Shown in pieces: positions 50,961 to 60,790 of a stretch of 64,000 bases of DNA. The stretch comes from Octopus sinensis (Eukaryota). The position numbers and the translations under genes were made by a program. The notes below the pieces were generated by a model, which was not told where the DNA came from, ran no database searches, and saw only the letters and a list, made by a program, of their open reading frames with translations. Numbering within the stretch: the first letter of the stretch is position 1; the number at the start of each line of letters is the position of its first letter. The stretch lies in contig NW_021835467.1 of the NCBI RefSeq assembly GCF_006345805.1, forward strand, positions 1 through 64,000, in the 5' to 3' direction.

Positions 50961-51129
50961 TTAATTTTTTGTCGTATAGAGAAATGTCTGGCTTGCTATA
51001 TTGAATTTTTGATTCGGTTGGAATAGTATTATCAATAAGGAACAGTTTGAATGATATTTAAATATTCATCAAATTTTGATTTCTCAAAACGGAGATCGAT
51101 AATTCTGAATTAATTTTTAGGGATTAAAT

Positions 51130-52050
51130 CGGGTTTGTAGTTGTTACGACATTCCCATATGTTTCTGTTGCTGCTATCGTAGAAAAATATCTTATTATTG
51201 GTAGTCATTGCTTAAAACAATAAAATGATATTAAATCCAATTTTTATATTAGATAGCGTGAACTGAGGCACTTCTACAAACCGCACCCAATCATCACAGT
51301 GCTGGAATACCTTTTCGGAAGCAGTTTTTCAGGTAAATTTTTATATAAATTATGGTCGAAAGCACGGATCAAATTTCAATTTTTTGTAGAATTGTACGTC
51401 ACTGAACCCGAGTTGCGCCAAATTTTTTTATCAGATTTATCAGATTTTTTTTATTTTTTATTCTTAAAATTTTTATAAATTATGACGAATTCTACGATTT
51501 CCAAATTTAAATTGACACTAAAAATTTTTTTTAAATCGAATCTTAGAATCAACGGATTTAAGAAAGGCGAATTTGGGGGGATTTACTGTACACTTAAGTT
51601 CATTCAAACATGGATACGAAAACTTTCGTTTACTATTGGAAGCATGTGTGGAGCCTATATGGTGAAGCTTCTTAGTGAAACAGAATTATTATTGTAAGAA
51701 AAAAATCCGAAGAGGCATAAAAGTGTCTCATTTCCAGTTGGTCGACCATGCCGCTGTTGTTCTCTTCATGGACGACTCTTCTCCAATGGAAGGGAAGGTT
51801 TTGAATCTGTTTGTTGGAGACAGTAGAACTACTTATATGTTGGCGAATGGACTGTTTTCAGCAATTGTGAGTTTACAGGATTCCTTGTTAACTGATTTGT
51901 GTTCTCTTTGTGTGTGCTATATGAGCACCATGTCTCTGTGGCACACCTCTTACATTGCCCCGCAAGCAGGATGTTTTCTTGTTCCTGTGGGGTTCAGTGC
52001 GGCGTTTAATCCAAATTTTTCCCAGTCAGTAAGTCGCACACACTTAAATT
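51130..52050 (+). pseudogene. Possible decayed SLC17-like MFS transporter
   Basis: Fragments TWIRKLSFTIGSMCG and SLWHTSYIAPQAGCFL recall SLC17 motifs; short introns are visible but the frame is broken by stops. Confidence 0.35.
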
Positions 52051-53559
52051 AGAAAGAGTCAATATGATCAAAGCAGAGTGTGCAAGTGACTTGATGAGTC
52101 TCATGCGTGGAATAGAGGAGCCCTTTGATACAAATCTTGTTTTGAATTCAATCCATATTTGCTAACTGAAATGGAGTTTGGCAAAACATCAAAGCATAAT
52201 TCGGTCAATTTCCCATCTGATGAGTTATTCTGCCTCACTCACCAGTTTTGTCGGCTTGATTCTTGCGCTCTCTCCGTCTCGGAAAATTCCAGTTTTCGCC
52301 CTATTTGGCCCAAAAATGGAGGCTGTGTGTCAATTATATTGTTTTTTTTGAATGGCGGGTAAATTAGTGACAAATTTCTCGCCCTTTTCAATTATTTCAA
52401 TATGTTCTTTGTCAAAATGAATATGTGGGTTCATGAGCCTGTGAATGAAGTATGAAATGGTTACATTTAACAAAGAGACTCAGTTTGGAGACCTGCCGTT
52501 AACAGAGGAAATGAAGGGAGACTGAAAGTTGACTGAAGAGCTTCTTGTACATTTATCGTCCGCCATGCCGCTGTTGTTCTCTTCATGGGCAAGAGTTCTC
52601 TTATGTAGAGTACAGCGCAATCCATTCAAAAAAAAGATGAAACAAGTATAATCATCAAAATAAATGGCTTATACCAATTCGCCTACTCTGCAAAAAACTC
52701 TTAAAGTAAAAAAATTGAAGGCAGTAAAAAAGAATCAACTTCGTTTCGTTAAAACATTGATACAAAATAAAATCCTCATAATTAAAAATTTTAATATAAT
52801 TTCAATTTTATTATTTGGTTGAAAAAATATTACTATTATTAATGAGGTAGATTTATGCGAGTTAATCAATCTGTAGAGAGCATTCTGGCTCATGATGTTC
52901 AGGGCTCTGTTTCAGATTACAGAAAAGACTGCCAAATTTAGGAATTGCTGAAGTAGAATCAAAACTTTAAAAAATCAGCTCGCTATTCTTGAGCACCTCT
53001 ATAGCCCTGAAGATGTATTTCTCTCTAAATGCACAAAATGTGTCGTTGCTACCCTAAACCTTCTGTCCATAATAAAGAGAAAAACCCGATAACTTTTAAA
53101 GTTTCAACCAATTACATCTGAAGTGCTAGCCTTATTTAAGCCTGAACTTTAACGTCTCTCAGAATAAATCTGCATTACTTTTTTGACATGCAAAAAGCTC
53201 TATTCCCAGTAAAAATCCCTAAAGGAGTACGAATTGCCACAGCAACGTGTCTCTCGGATGGAATTGGCCACGCACTGTCCTCTCACAGTTGCGAACCCTG
53301 GCTAAAGGTTATATGCTTTGTCGCACTCGGAGTACTCACAACAGAATCGGAAAACAATAATAAAGAAAAAAACTCCCGCATCAACTTAATCAAGAAACTG
53401 AAAGGAAACAGAATGAATTTTTGCAGTTGTCACAGGCCTAGGGTGTTACCAAGCCTAGGTGGCTACACTTTCAGACTTTAAATAAAATTCAAAAAAATAT
53501 TTGAATTCTATTTCAAAATCTATTTTGTCAAAATAAATATTATAAAATGACAAATACCT

Positions 53560-53758
53560 TACAAAACAGAACAGAAATTTTTATTGTAAAGAACAAGAGA
53601 CTGGTACAGAAATTTTTTGACGTCGATACAACAAGACGGCAGCAATTGCTGACCCGTTAAGCAATAACCTAGGGACGTGCCTAATCGCTGCATTGCACGC
53701 ATTTTTGTACGTGCAATGTGATCATCAAACTTACCGGACGGCTTAAAGAGCACTTGTA
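53560..53758 (-). mobile_element. LINE 3'-region fragment at the breakpoint of duplication copy B
   Basis: LQVLFKPSGKFDDHIARTKMRAMQRLG...LYQSLV, typical of post-RT LINE sequence. Confidence 0.6.
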
Positions 53759-53772
53759 AAATCCACATTCTA

Positions 53773-54056
53773 GGACTTCCAAGACTTAAGTTCAGTTTCC
53801 AATTTGCAGGCCCACGGCGCTAAAAAGGCCAAGATCGTCTACAATTACGAGGTTATCTTCTCGCGTCACTCCAAAACTGTGGGCAGCAGAAACATTTCCG
53901 TGATCCAGGACGAGGTGATCATGTTGTTGGGGAATTATCATGAGGCTGATTGGTGTTATGTAATATACCACACTCTACTTCCAGGTCATGAAACTCGACT
54001 CCATATTGACAGGGTACGTTGCGAGAGTTTTATACAACACAGTGATTAATATTTAA
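53773..54056 (+). pseudogene. SH3-domain gene, copy B: intact last exons, 5' part missing
   Basis: Acceptor ctag, then DFQDLSSVSNLQAHGAKKAKIVYNYEVIFSRHSK...EADWCY, a 25-nt intron, then VMKLDSILTGYVARVLYNTVINI*. Confidence 0.72.
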
Positions 54057-54115
54057 CACTTAATTATAAGGTGGCTACCCTATAAAACAATACATCCACA
54101 CTTCTTTAGACACCA

Positions 54116-54985
54116 ATGTCAGCAAATTGTTCACTCATTGAAATATCCAAACTCCACCCACTTGCAAACCAACTCTCCGGCCACGGACTCCACTCCACTG
54201 CACTCAAATGTAGTCCCCATTTTACATCACAGTCTTTTTTGAAATACCTGGCGGCTTCATTGCCAAACGACTCAAAAAGTATTCCCGCGGCTACCAGGAG
54301 GCTGACTTTTATCAAAATATTCCCCACTCTGTCGACCAGTTTTTCACCAAATTGTCCTCATTTTTCCCCAAATTTCATGGACTGGCGCATGACGAAGAAG
54401 GAGGTGTGGCACTTTTTTATGTGCAGGGCAGTACATTTACTTGGAAAACATATTCCGGAACTTCACCAAACCGACATCCGCCGATATCAAAATTGGGTTC
54501 CTCAAAAAAGAAAAGTACCCGGCAGCCGACCAAATCATGTTTCAAATAAGTGGAATGAAAGTATTTGAAAGGTAGCACTTGTAGGTCCACCAACCTGACG
54601 AATCGTGTCACACCCTCTACAAGTCGGACGGACGCCAACTGGACAAGCATACTATCAGGGACGGTGAGAGGTCTTTGTCATTTCAGAGTTGCAAAAGTTT
54701 TTTCTGCAAGACCACAAGTTGGGGGACGGAAGGAGGCGGAAAATATTGGCAGAGTTAAGGGAAATGCTCACTCTTTTGAAGGCCCAGTCAACATGGCACT
54801 TTGTTTCGAGTTCGGTAATAATCGCCTACGAGAACGAGAACGTGTCCAATTGGAGTGAGGGACAGGTGGCTGTCCACATCATTGACTTTTCTCACGCTTC
54901 TCCTGCCAAGTCGAGGGACATTTATTCAATCAATGGGTTGGCTAATTTAATTAATTTCATTTCGAATTTATTCGATTTGATTTAA
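54116..54985 (+). CDS. Inositol polyphosphate kinase (IPK superfamily, IPMK/IP6K-like), copy B, intact, 258 aa
   Basis: LANQLSGHG, KPTSADIKIG, FQISGMKV, SSSVII, IIDFSH; introns of 23, 23, 24 and 23 nt give an unbroken frame. Confidence 0.92.
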
Positions 54986-55126
54986 TCAGACTCAATAACT
55001 TATTCTTTCAATTCAAACAAATTCACTAATACATCTCCTAATTTGATTATTCTAATGACTGTTCGTTCAAAAAGATTACATCTAATTTATCCACCAAATA
55101 AAAAACAAGAATATAGTTAGATTGCA

Positions 55127-55209
55127 TTTAGTTAACGGAATTACTAAATTAATGTATGTAAAGCAGAAGAACTGATGGCGATCCAGTTTCCCCTCACTGC
55201 AAAAAAAAA
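55127..55209 (+). mobile_element. 83-nt poly(A)-tailed retroposed insert with 11-bp TSD
   Basis: TSD gttagattgca at 55116-55126 and 55210-55220; absent from duplicate A near 36000. Confidence 0.85.
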
Positions 55210-55400
55210 GTTAGATTGCAATTCTACATTTTTCAAATTTCCCATTCCTTTCCCAAAGAATTAATTTTATTTTAACACTTTCCAGATAATTTCTGGATAA
55301 ATAATATTGAAAACGCCCAAAGATATATCAAGATATTCTGAGAAACTCAATAACGTACACTCTAATTTGAAATAATAAAAAAAGCAAGTTTGTTCAAATT

Positions 55401-57433
55401 TTTTTTTTAAGAAACAAGTACAGTAAAACCTCTCGAATCCGCCGATTTTGGGACCGACCAAAAAATCGGCGGATTCGAGAAATCGGCGGATTCGAGAGGC
55501 AATTTAAATAATATTTTATAGTTGAAACATGAACTCACAATATAGATTAAGTATTTCTTTTCATATACAAATGACTGAATACATAAAATTATTTATATTC
55601 AAAAAAATCAGAAATTTTATTTTTTTTAATTGATTTTCTTAGCATTTCCCCAATTCGCATAATATTTTCATGATCATCTATATCTGCATTTATCTAAGAA
55701 GCATAAGTTTTAATGATCTCTAGAGCTCTGAAGGCTTCTGAGAGATCAACTTTTTTCTCATTTGATTCCTCTTCAATCATTGTTTCCTAAGTATAATTAT
55801 TAAATAAAATCACTAACTGATTGAACTTTTTTTGACTGTAATGTACTAGCTTGTTCAGATTTGTCTAAAAATTCGATTAGCTCTTCATTTTCAGTATATC
55901 CGTAATCAACAAATTCACTATAAGATATTGGATCGTCAATTTGAAATTTCTTAATTATTTCTTCATAATTATTTTCTTAGTTCTTAGATTCACTGTTGAT
56001 TGTGATTGTTTCACATTTTATCCATTGTGCATGACGGAAACAATTTTTGATGGTCGTAGGAGTAACTTTATTCCAAGCGAAGAATGTTAATATCGCAGCA
56101 GTTTTAAGGGTGATTCCATTAATTGCATTCTGACAATTTTCCCCTGCCTCAACCTTTTCGATTATATCATTTATTTTCAAATTGGTAAATTCGGCTTTAA
56201 AGCATTTTATAATTCCTTGATCCATTGGTTGTAAGAGCGAAGATGTTCTAGAAGGCAAAAAAAGAATTTCAATTGAGTTTAACGTGACAATAATTTGATG
56301 AGATGGACATTGATCTATTACAAGTAGAATTTTTCTTTTTTTCTTCGCAAGTTCACAATCAAAATCACTGAGCCACTTGTTAAAAATTTCACGGTTCATC
56401 CATGCCTTATTGGAATGGGTGTAGGTAACATATTTTCCAATGTTGAAATTTTTAAAACACCTTGGACTTTTGAATCTTCCTATCATTACAGGCCTTCTTT
56501 TATCGGAACCAGAACAATTTGCACATAATAGTAACGAAAATCGATCCTTCGACAACTTTATTCCAGGCCGTGATTTAGTGCACACACTTTTGGAAGGAAT
56601 CGCCTTGTAAAAAACACCAGTTTCATCTGCATTATAAACATTGTCCAATCCATATTGTTCAATTTTTAAACTCATTGTTTCATTAAAATCAGTAATAGAT
56701 TTTTCATCATGATTTACTGATCCACTGTCTCCGTGAAATTTTCTTAACTTGATACCATTTCGTAATTTAAACTTTTCTAGCCACCCACGACTTGCTTTAA
56801 ATTCTGGAAAATTTTTTCAAAATTTAAGAGCTTTTGCAATTAACATCGAATCTGATAGAATTGCTCCACTAGATTCCATTAAGTTAATCCATGTTATCAT
56901 CGCTACATCAATTTCATTAAATTTGAGTTTTGGAATTCTCGTTATGTTTAATTTTTTGATGTCAGTCCTATTCAAAAGGTCCGATTTTGATTTAAGGTCG
57001 TTTATAGTTCTCGGAGAAATTTTCTTTTTTAACCGTGAAGAAAAAATCCTGGAAATTTGAGGTGCAGAAACGAATGGGTTGTCAGAAATATAACGTAGTA
57101 TAGAAATTTTTTCGTTGATAGAAAGTCTAACACAACGACGCATCACAAAAATACAATTTAACGTGTAATGAGAATTTTAAAATGTTAATTAATTTAACTT
57201 ACAATTAGATAAAAAAATTATTTTTCATAATACTTGAGGAGCGGATTCGAGAAACAAGCGGATTCAAGAATCATTCATAGGAAATTTCAAATTTTTGATT
57301 AAAACAAGCGGATTCGAGAAGCGGCGGATTCGAGAAGCGGCGGATTCGAGAAGCGGCGGATTCGAGAAGCAGCGGATTCGAGAGGTTTCACTGTATTTAA
57401 TTACAAGTTAATTAATTAAAAGCTTCATGGACG
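55401..57433 (-). mobile_element. About 60-nt CRE-like 3'-tail retrocopy (55401-55420 plus 57394-57433), split by the pogo insertion
   Basis: 13-bp TSD gtttgttcaaatt (55388-55400, 57434-57446); shares tacaagttaattaattaaaagcttca with the retrocopy at 4568-4782; absent from duplicate A. Confidence 0.82.
55421..57393 (-). mobile_element. Full-length pogo/Tigger DNA transposon, one nonsense codon and one late frameshift
   Basis: TIRs cagtaaaacctctcgaatcc / ggattcgagaggtttcactg; TA TSD; subterminal gcggattcgagaa repeats; HTH plus CENP-B plus DDD triad (NADETG, VIDQCPSH, QPMDQGII); TGA at 56817. Confidence 0.95.
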
Positions 57434-58757
57434 GTTTGTTCAAATTGTTTTTTATTTGTATCAAAGCATTCCACGTGTATCATCTTTTATGAGATTTTGT
57501 TTTCAATATTTTTCATAAGGTTTTCAGAATTATAACAGCATTCGTTCGGCTTTATCTCCTACTGATTGGGACAAGACACATAAACCCTTTAGCTGGTGGA
57601 AATCGTATGTTTACTGATCTAAACATCTACATTTCAGTGGACAATTTCTTTCACACTGGTATTTAGGTTTATAACAAAATAAGTTTTCATCTATTTGCAC
57701 AAGTTATTCTCGAGAACAGTTAAATATAAAAAAAATTAATAGTCAATGTTATTAAAACAATCCTGAATCCTCTGCTCGAGAAAGTCGAATTGTTGAGTAA
57801 TATGCCGCTGAGTCATCTCAGAATGATTGTCAAACTTGAAGTTGGAAATGTTGCCAAGAATTTGAGGTTGATCGAGAGAATGGCGAATAATGTTCCACGT
57901 GAGCTTTTTAGTACTGCTGACGGCCTTGGATGTTCTTGAGCATGACAGTCTTGTAGAAAGGAATTACCTGTGCGAGTGAGTGCGAAGGAGACCTATCGTA
58001 TTGTTAGTAACTATTCTGCCGTAGTAACCAACTCTTTGATAATAAAAGGAGGGACCTTGCCGACTAATTGGATGACTCCAGTTCTTACTCCTCCCGTAGA
58101 GTGTCAATGTTGAATTTAGCTAAAATAGTTACGAAATTGTACAAAATCTTACACAGAAAATACAAAACGGAGAAAAGATGAGTCCTATTGCACAAATAAT
58201 GGCTTTTATTATATTTTTAGATCAAGGACGGGGATGCAGTGCTCGACGACCCGGCCATAATTGGAGTGTGCTGCAGTGTATTCTATGACTGGTTGGTGAA
58301 GGAGGGAGAAAGGAAATGTGTATTAATCGACATTCAGGGAGTGGAGATGACTACTCCCAGTCACACATCTGCTCTCCTCTAGCTTTGAATGTGCCCAACA
58401 CATTTCTCAATGAGAGCACTCTCAGTGACCACTCGGTGATGGCACTTCTCTCCACCCAACGGGACAAAGATGTGTTGCCACTGCGCTTCCAAGTGGAGCA
58501 CGTGGTGTTGGTGGGGTATTCGGGGAGAGTGAGAGAGAGTTGGACACTCTGGTGACACTCGCAAATGCATTCGGAAGGGTTGATCACCCCCTCTACCTCA
58601 GTACTTTAGTCGGGACACTCACCACACCATTTCCTACGTTTGAGTGTTGTAAGCTCCGTTTTGTTTGAGTTTACGGATAAAACAATTCAGAAAATACGTG
58701 TCAAAGTTCGTTGAGAATGTACTAAAGTGTTTAAATATCCTCGGAAACCGAATAAAT

Positions 58758-58978
58758 CAGGGGTGCCAAACTCATTTCGCAAGAAAAACTAAATTATTCA
58801 ATCATCGCCCTTTAATTTTGGTGAGAGCTGCTTCCAGAGGATTGACATCTTTTTTAGATACAATTTTTGAGTCAGGCTGAGCTATTTGTGTAGTTCCGAC
58901 TTTTATTAAAGAGGATAAATGTTCATCAGTTAGTCTTGTTCTTTGAGCAGTTTTTGTCAATTTCATAAATGATAAAAT
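58758..58978 (-). mobile_element. Right-end fragment of the Buster-like hAT family
   Basis: TIR variant caggggtgccaaactcatttcgc and the transposase C-terminus match 10370-10679; the subterminal GCGGCCC block is deleted. Confidence 0.88.
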
Positions 58979-59272
58979 TATGTCGGAAGACATTCGGCTT
59001 GACTTCTTGAGGCGATTTCTCTCCTTGTTCAGGACGGATCTTCTTCGGCTACAAGCAGCGTGAAGTGGACGTTTAGGTATAGCCATTGCTCTTGCTTCCA
59101 GAATGATTTTCGAGAAGAAGCCAATGGCCTTGTCGAGAGACCTAAAGTTGCACAGGGTTGAACATAATTAACTTCTTTTTAATTTACATTTTTTTATTTT
59201 ATAAACAAATATTTTATTTAATAAAATATTCTATATAAATTATTGTTTTTATGCTGTTGTTGTGCTCGTGAT

Positions 59273-59707
59273 ATGGTTGTTTTTATAATTGGGTAATTTT
59301 GTGAATAGTCAGAAGACGACGACAATATTGACATCTACCAAGGGAAAACATCTGGCTTATTCATAAAAGAATGTATTATATAATATTAACACTATACTAG
59401 TACGACAAATGATGTATGGCTTTGGAGATGACAAGAACCCATGTACCCAGTCAGTCACCATGCTCGAAAACCTGATTCAGTTATTTATTACTAACATTGT
59501 TATTGATGGCCATTAATTGACTTGTAGACCAGGAGAGCCCTCAAAGTTGGGACACCAGGCAAGGTGACGGTTGATGACATTTTGTTTGTGGTCAGAAATG
59601 ATCGAGTCAAATATTCCCGCGCGCGGGAATTGCTACATATGCATGCTAAACTCAAAAAGGCACGGAAGGCTTTTGAGGACAATAATTATTCGAATTTATT
59701 AAAATGA
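59273..59707 (+). CDS. TAF13: TFIID subunit TAF13 (114 aa)
   Basis: LFIKELRQMMYGFGDDKNP, VDDILFVVRND, KLKKARKAFE; introns of 33, 28 and 29 nt; the first coding exon is ATG only. Confidence 0.95.
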
Positions 59708-59859
59708 TTTTTTATTTTAAATTTTATTTGCGGTAGAAAATAGAATTTATGATCATTATTATTTAAATTTTTGTAGAACTTAAAATGATAGAATTTAGTT
59801 TAATTTATTTAATTATTCTTTATTATGTATAAATAATTAAATATTAATTCGATTTAAAG

Positions 59860-60520
59860 ACTACTGAATAAAGTCATAGAACAGTCCGCAAAGGACAAAC
59901 GGTACGAGATGACTGAAAAGTTCGCCAGAAAACTAAATGCAGAGGTCCCTCTAACAAAAGTATGTGCTTCCCTAAGAAGATTCACAAACCCGGAGAGATT
60001 TAAATCGGGTGAGGATAATGCGGCTCCCTTCATCAACAAATTGATAAAGTTCTACGCTGGGATCAGCAACATCCCTTACAGGAAATATGATGGACCATGC
60101 TTGAAGTTGTTGAAACTTCGAAAATGTCGGGACATGATAATCCTCACCCATGAGGAGGTGTCTCAGACTATCAGAAATTTAAGAAGCACTGGCTCTTGTG
60201 GACCTGACGGAATTCCTACTATTCTGGTGAAAAACGTAGGACAGGTGGCAATATCAGCTCTTTGTCAAATTTACAACTTCTCTATAAACAACAACTCAAT
60301 ACCCACATTGTGAAAAATGGCACACATTCGTCCTATTCTGAAGCCAGGGAGATCAAAAGACAACCCGGCGTCCTACAGGCCAATATCTCTTCTCTGTGTC
60401 CTATCCAAAGTTCCGGAAAAACTTATACTCAACCATCAAAGAATATCTCCCGGGTTGGATTTTCAACATTCAAAATAATCCCCAAAACTCCTCAGTACAA
60501 TAATATCCCACACTAACAGG
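59860..60520 (+). mobile_element. Jockey-like LINE fragment
   Basis: GSCGPDGIPTILVK, PILKPG...PASYRPISLL. Confidence 0.8.
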
Positions 60521-60550
60521 GAAGTATTCAATATTTCTGATTCCTTCACA

Positions 60551-60790
60551 ATGTCTATAAAAGCCAAGGATTACGTCATATCCTGGACAGACTTTGACCG
60601 AGACATGCACAAATTAGGGCAAGGGGCATTTGGAATCATCTACAAAGCAGTCCACACGGAAACTCAGTTCCCAATGGCCATAAAATTACCCCACCACGTG
60701 CTTAGAACAGCTCTAACAGCATGCTCGTCTGCGGAATCTGTCGATCGGGGACTGCATAATACGGAATATTGCCTCCTCGGTGGTCTTAGC
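60551..60790 (+). pseudogene. Protein kinase N-lobe fragment
   Basis: KLGQGAFGIIYKA (Gly loop) and PMAIK (subdomain II), then a frameshifted H-x-NIA-LLG; no C-lobe found downstream. Confidence 0.7.

Larger units (their letters stand above)
53759..57582 (+). repeat. Segmental duplication, copy B, with three later insertions
   Basis: Matches 34643-36315 once the inserts at 55127-55209 and 55401-57433 are removed. Confidence 0.95.

Noticed and set aside
56817-56819. Stop-codon reassignment suggested by the in-frame TGA in the pogo transposase
   Set aside because: RER1, TAF13, CBP and the CPLANE1-like gene end in TGA, and the intact host gene models need no read-through; the standard code fits.
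57241-57385. CRISPR-like or satellite array of gcggattcgagaa repeats
   Set aside because: No unique spacers; these are pogo subterminal repeats mirrored at the other end of the element.
58300-58380. Alpha-kinase motif (VLIDIQGV)
   Set aside because: No other alpha-kinase motifs, a stop follows shortly, and the motif overlaps a candidate intron.
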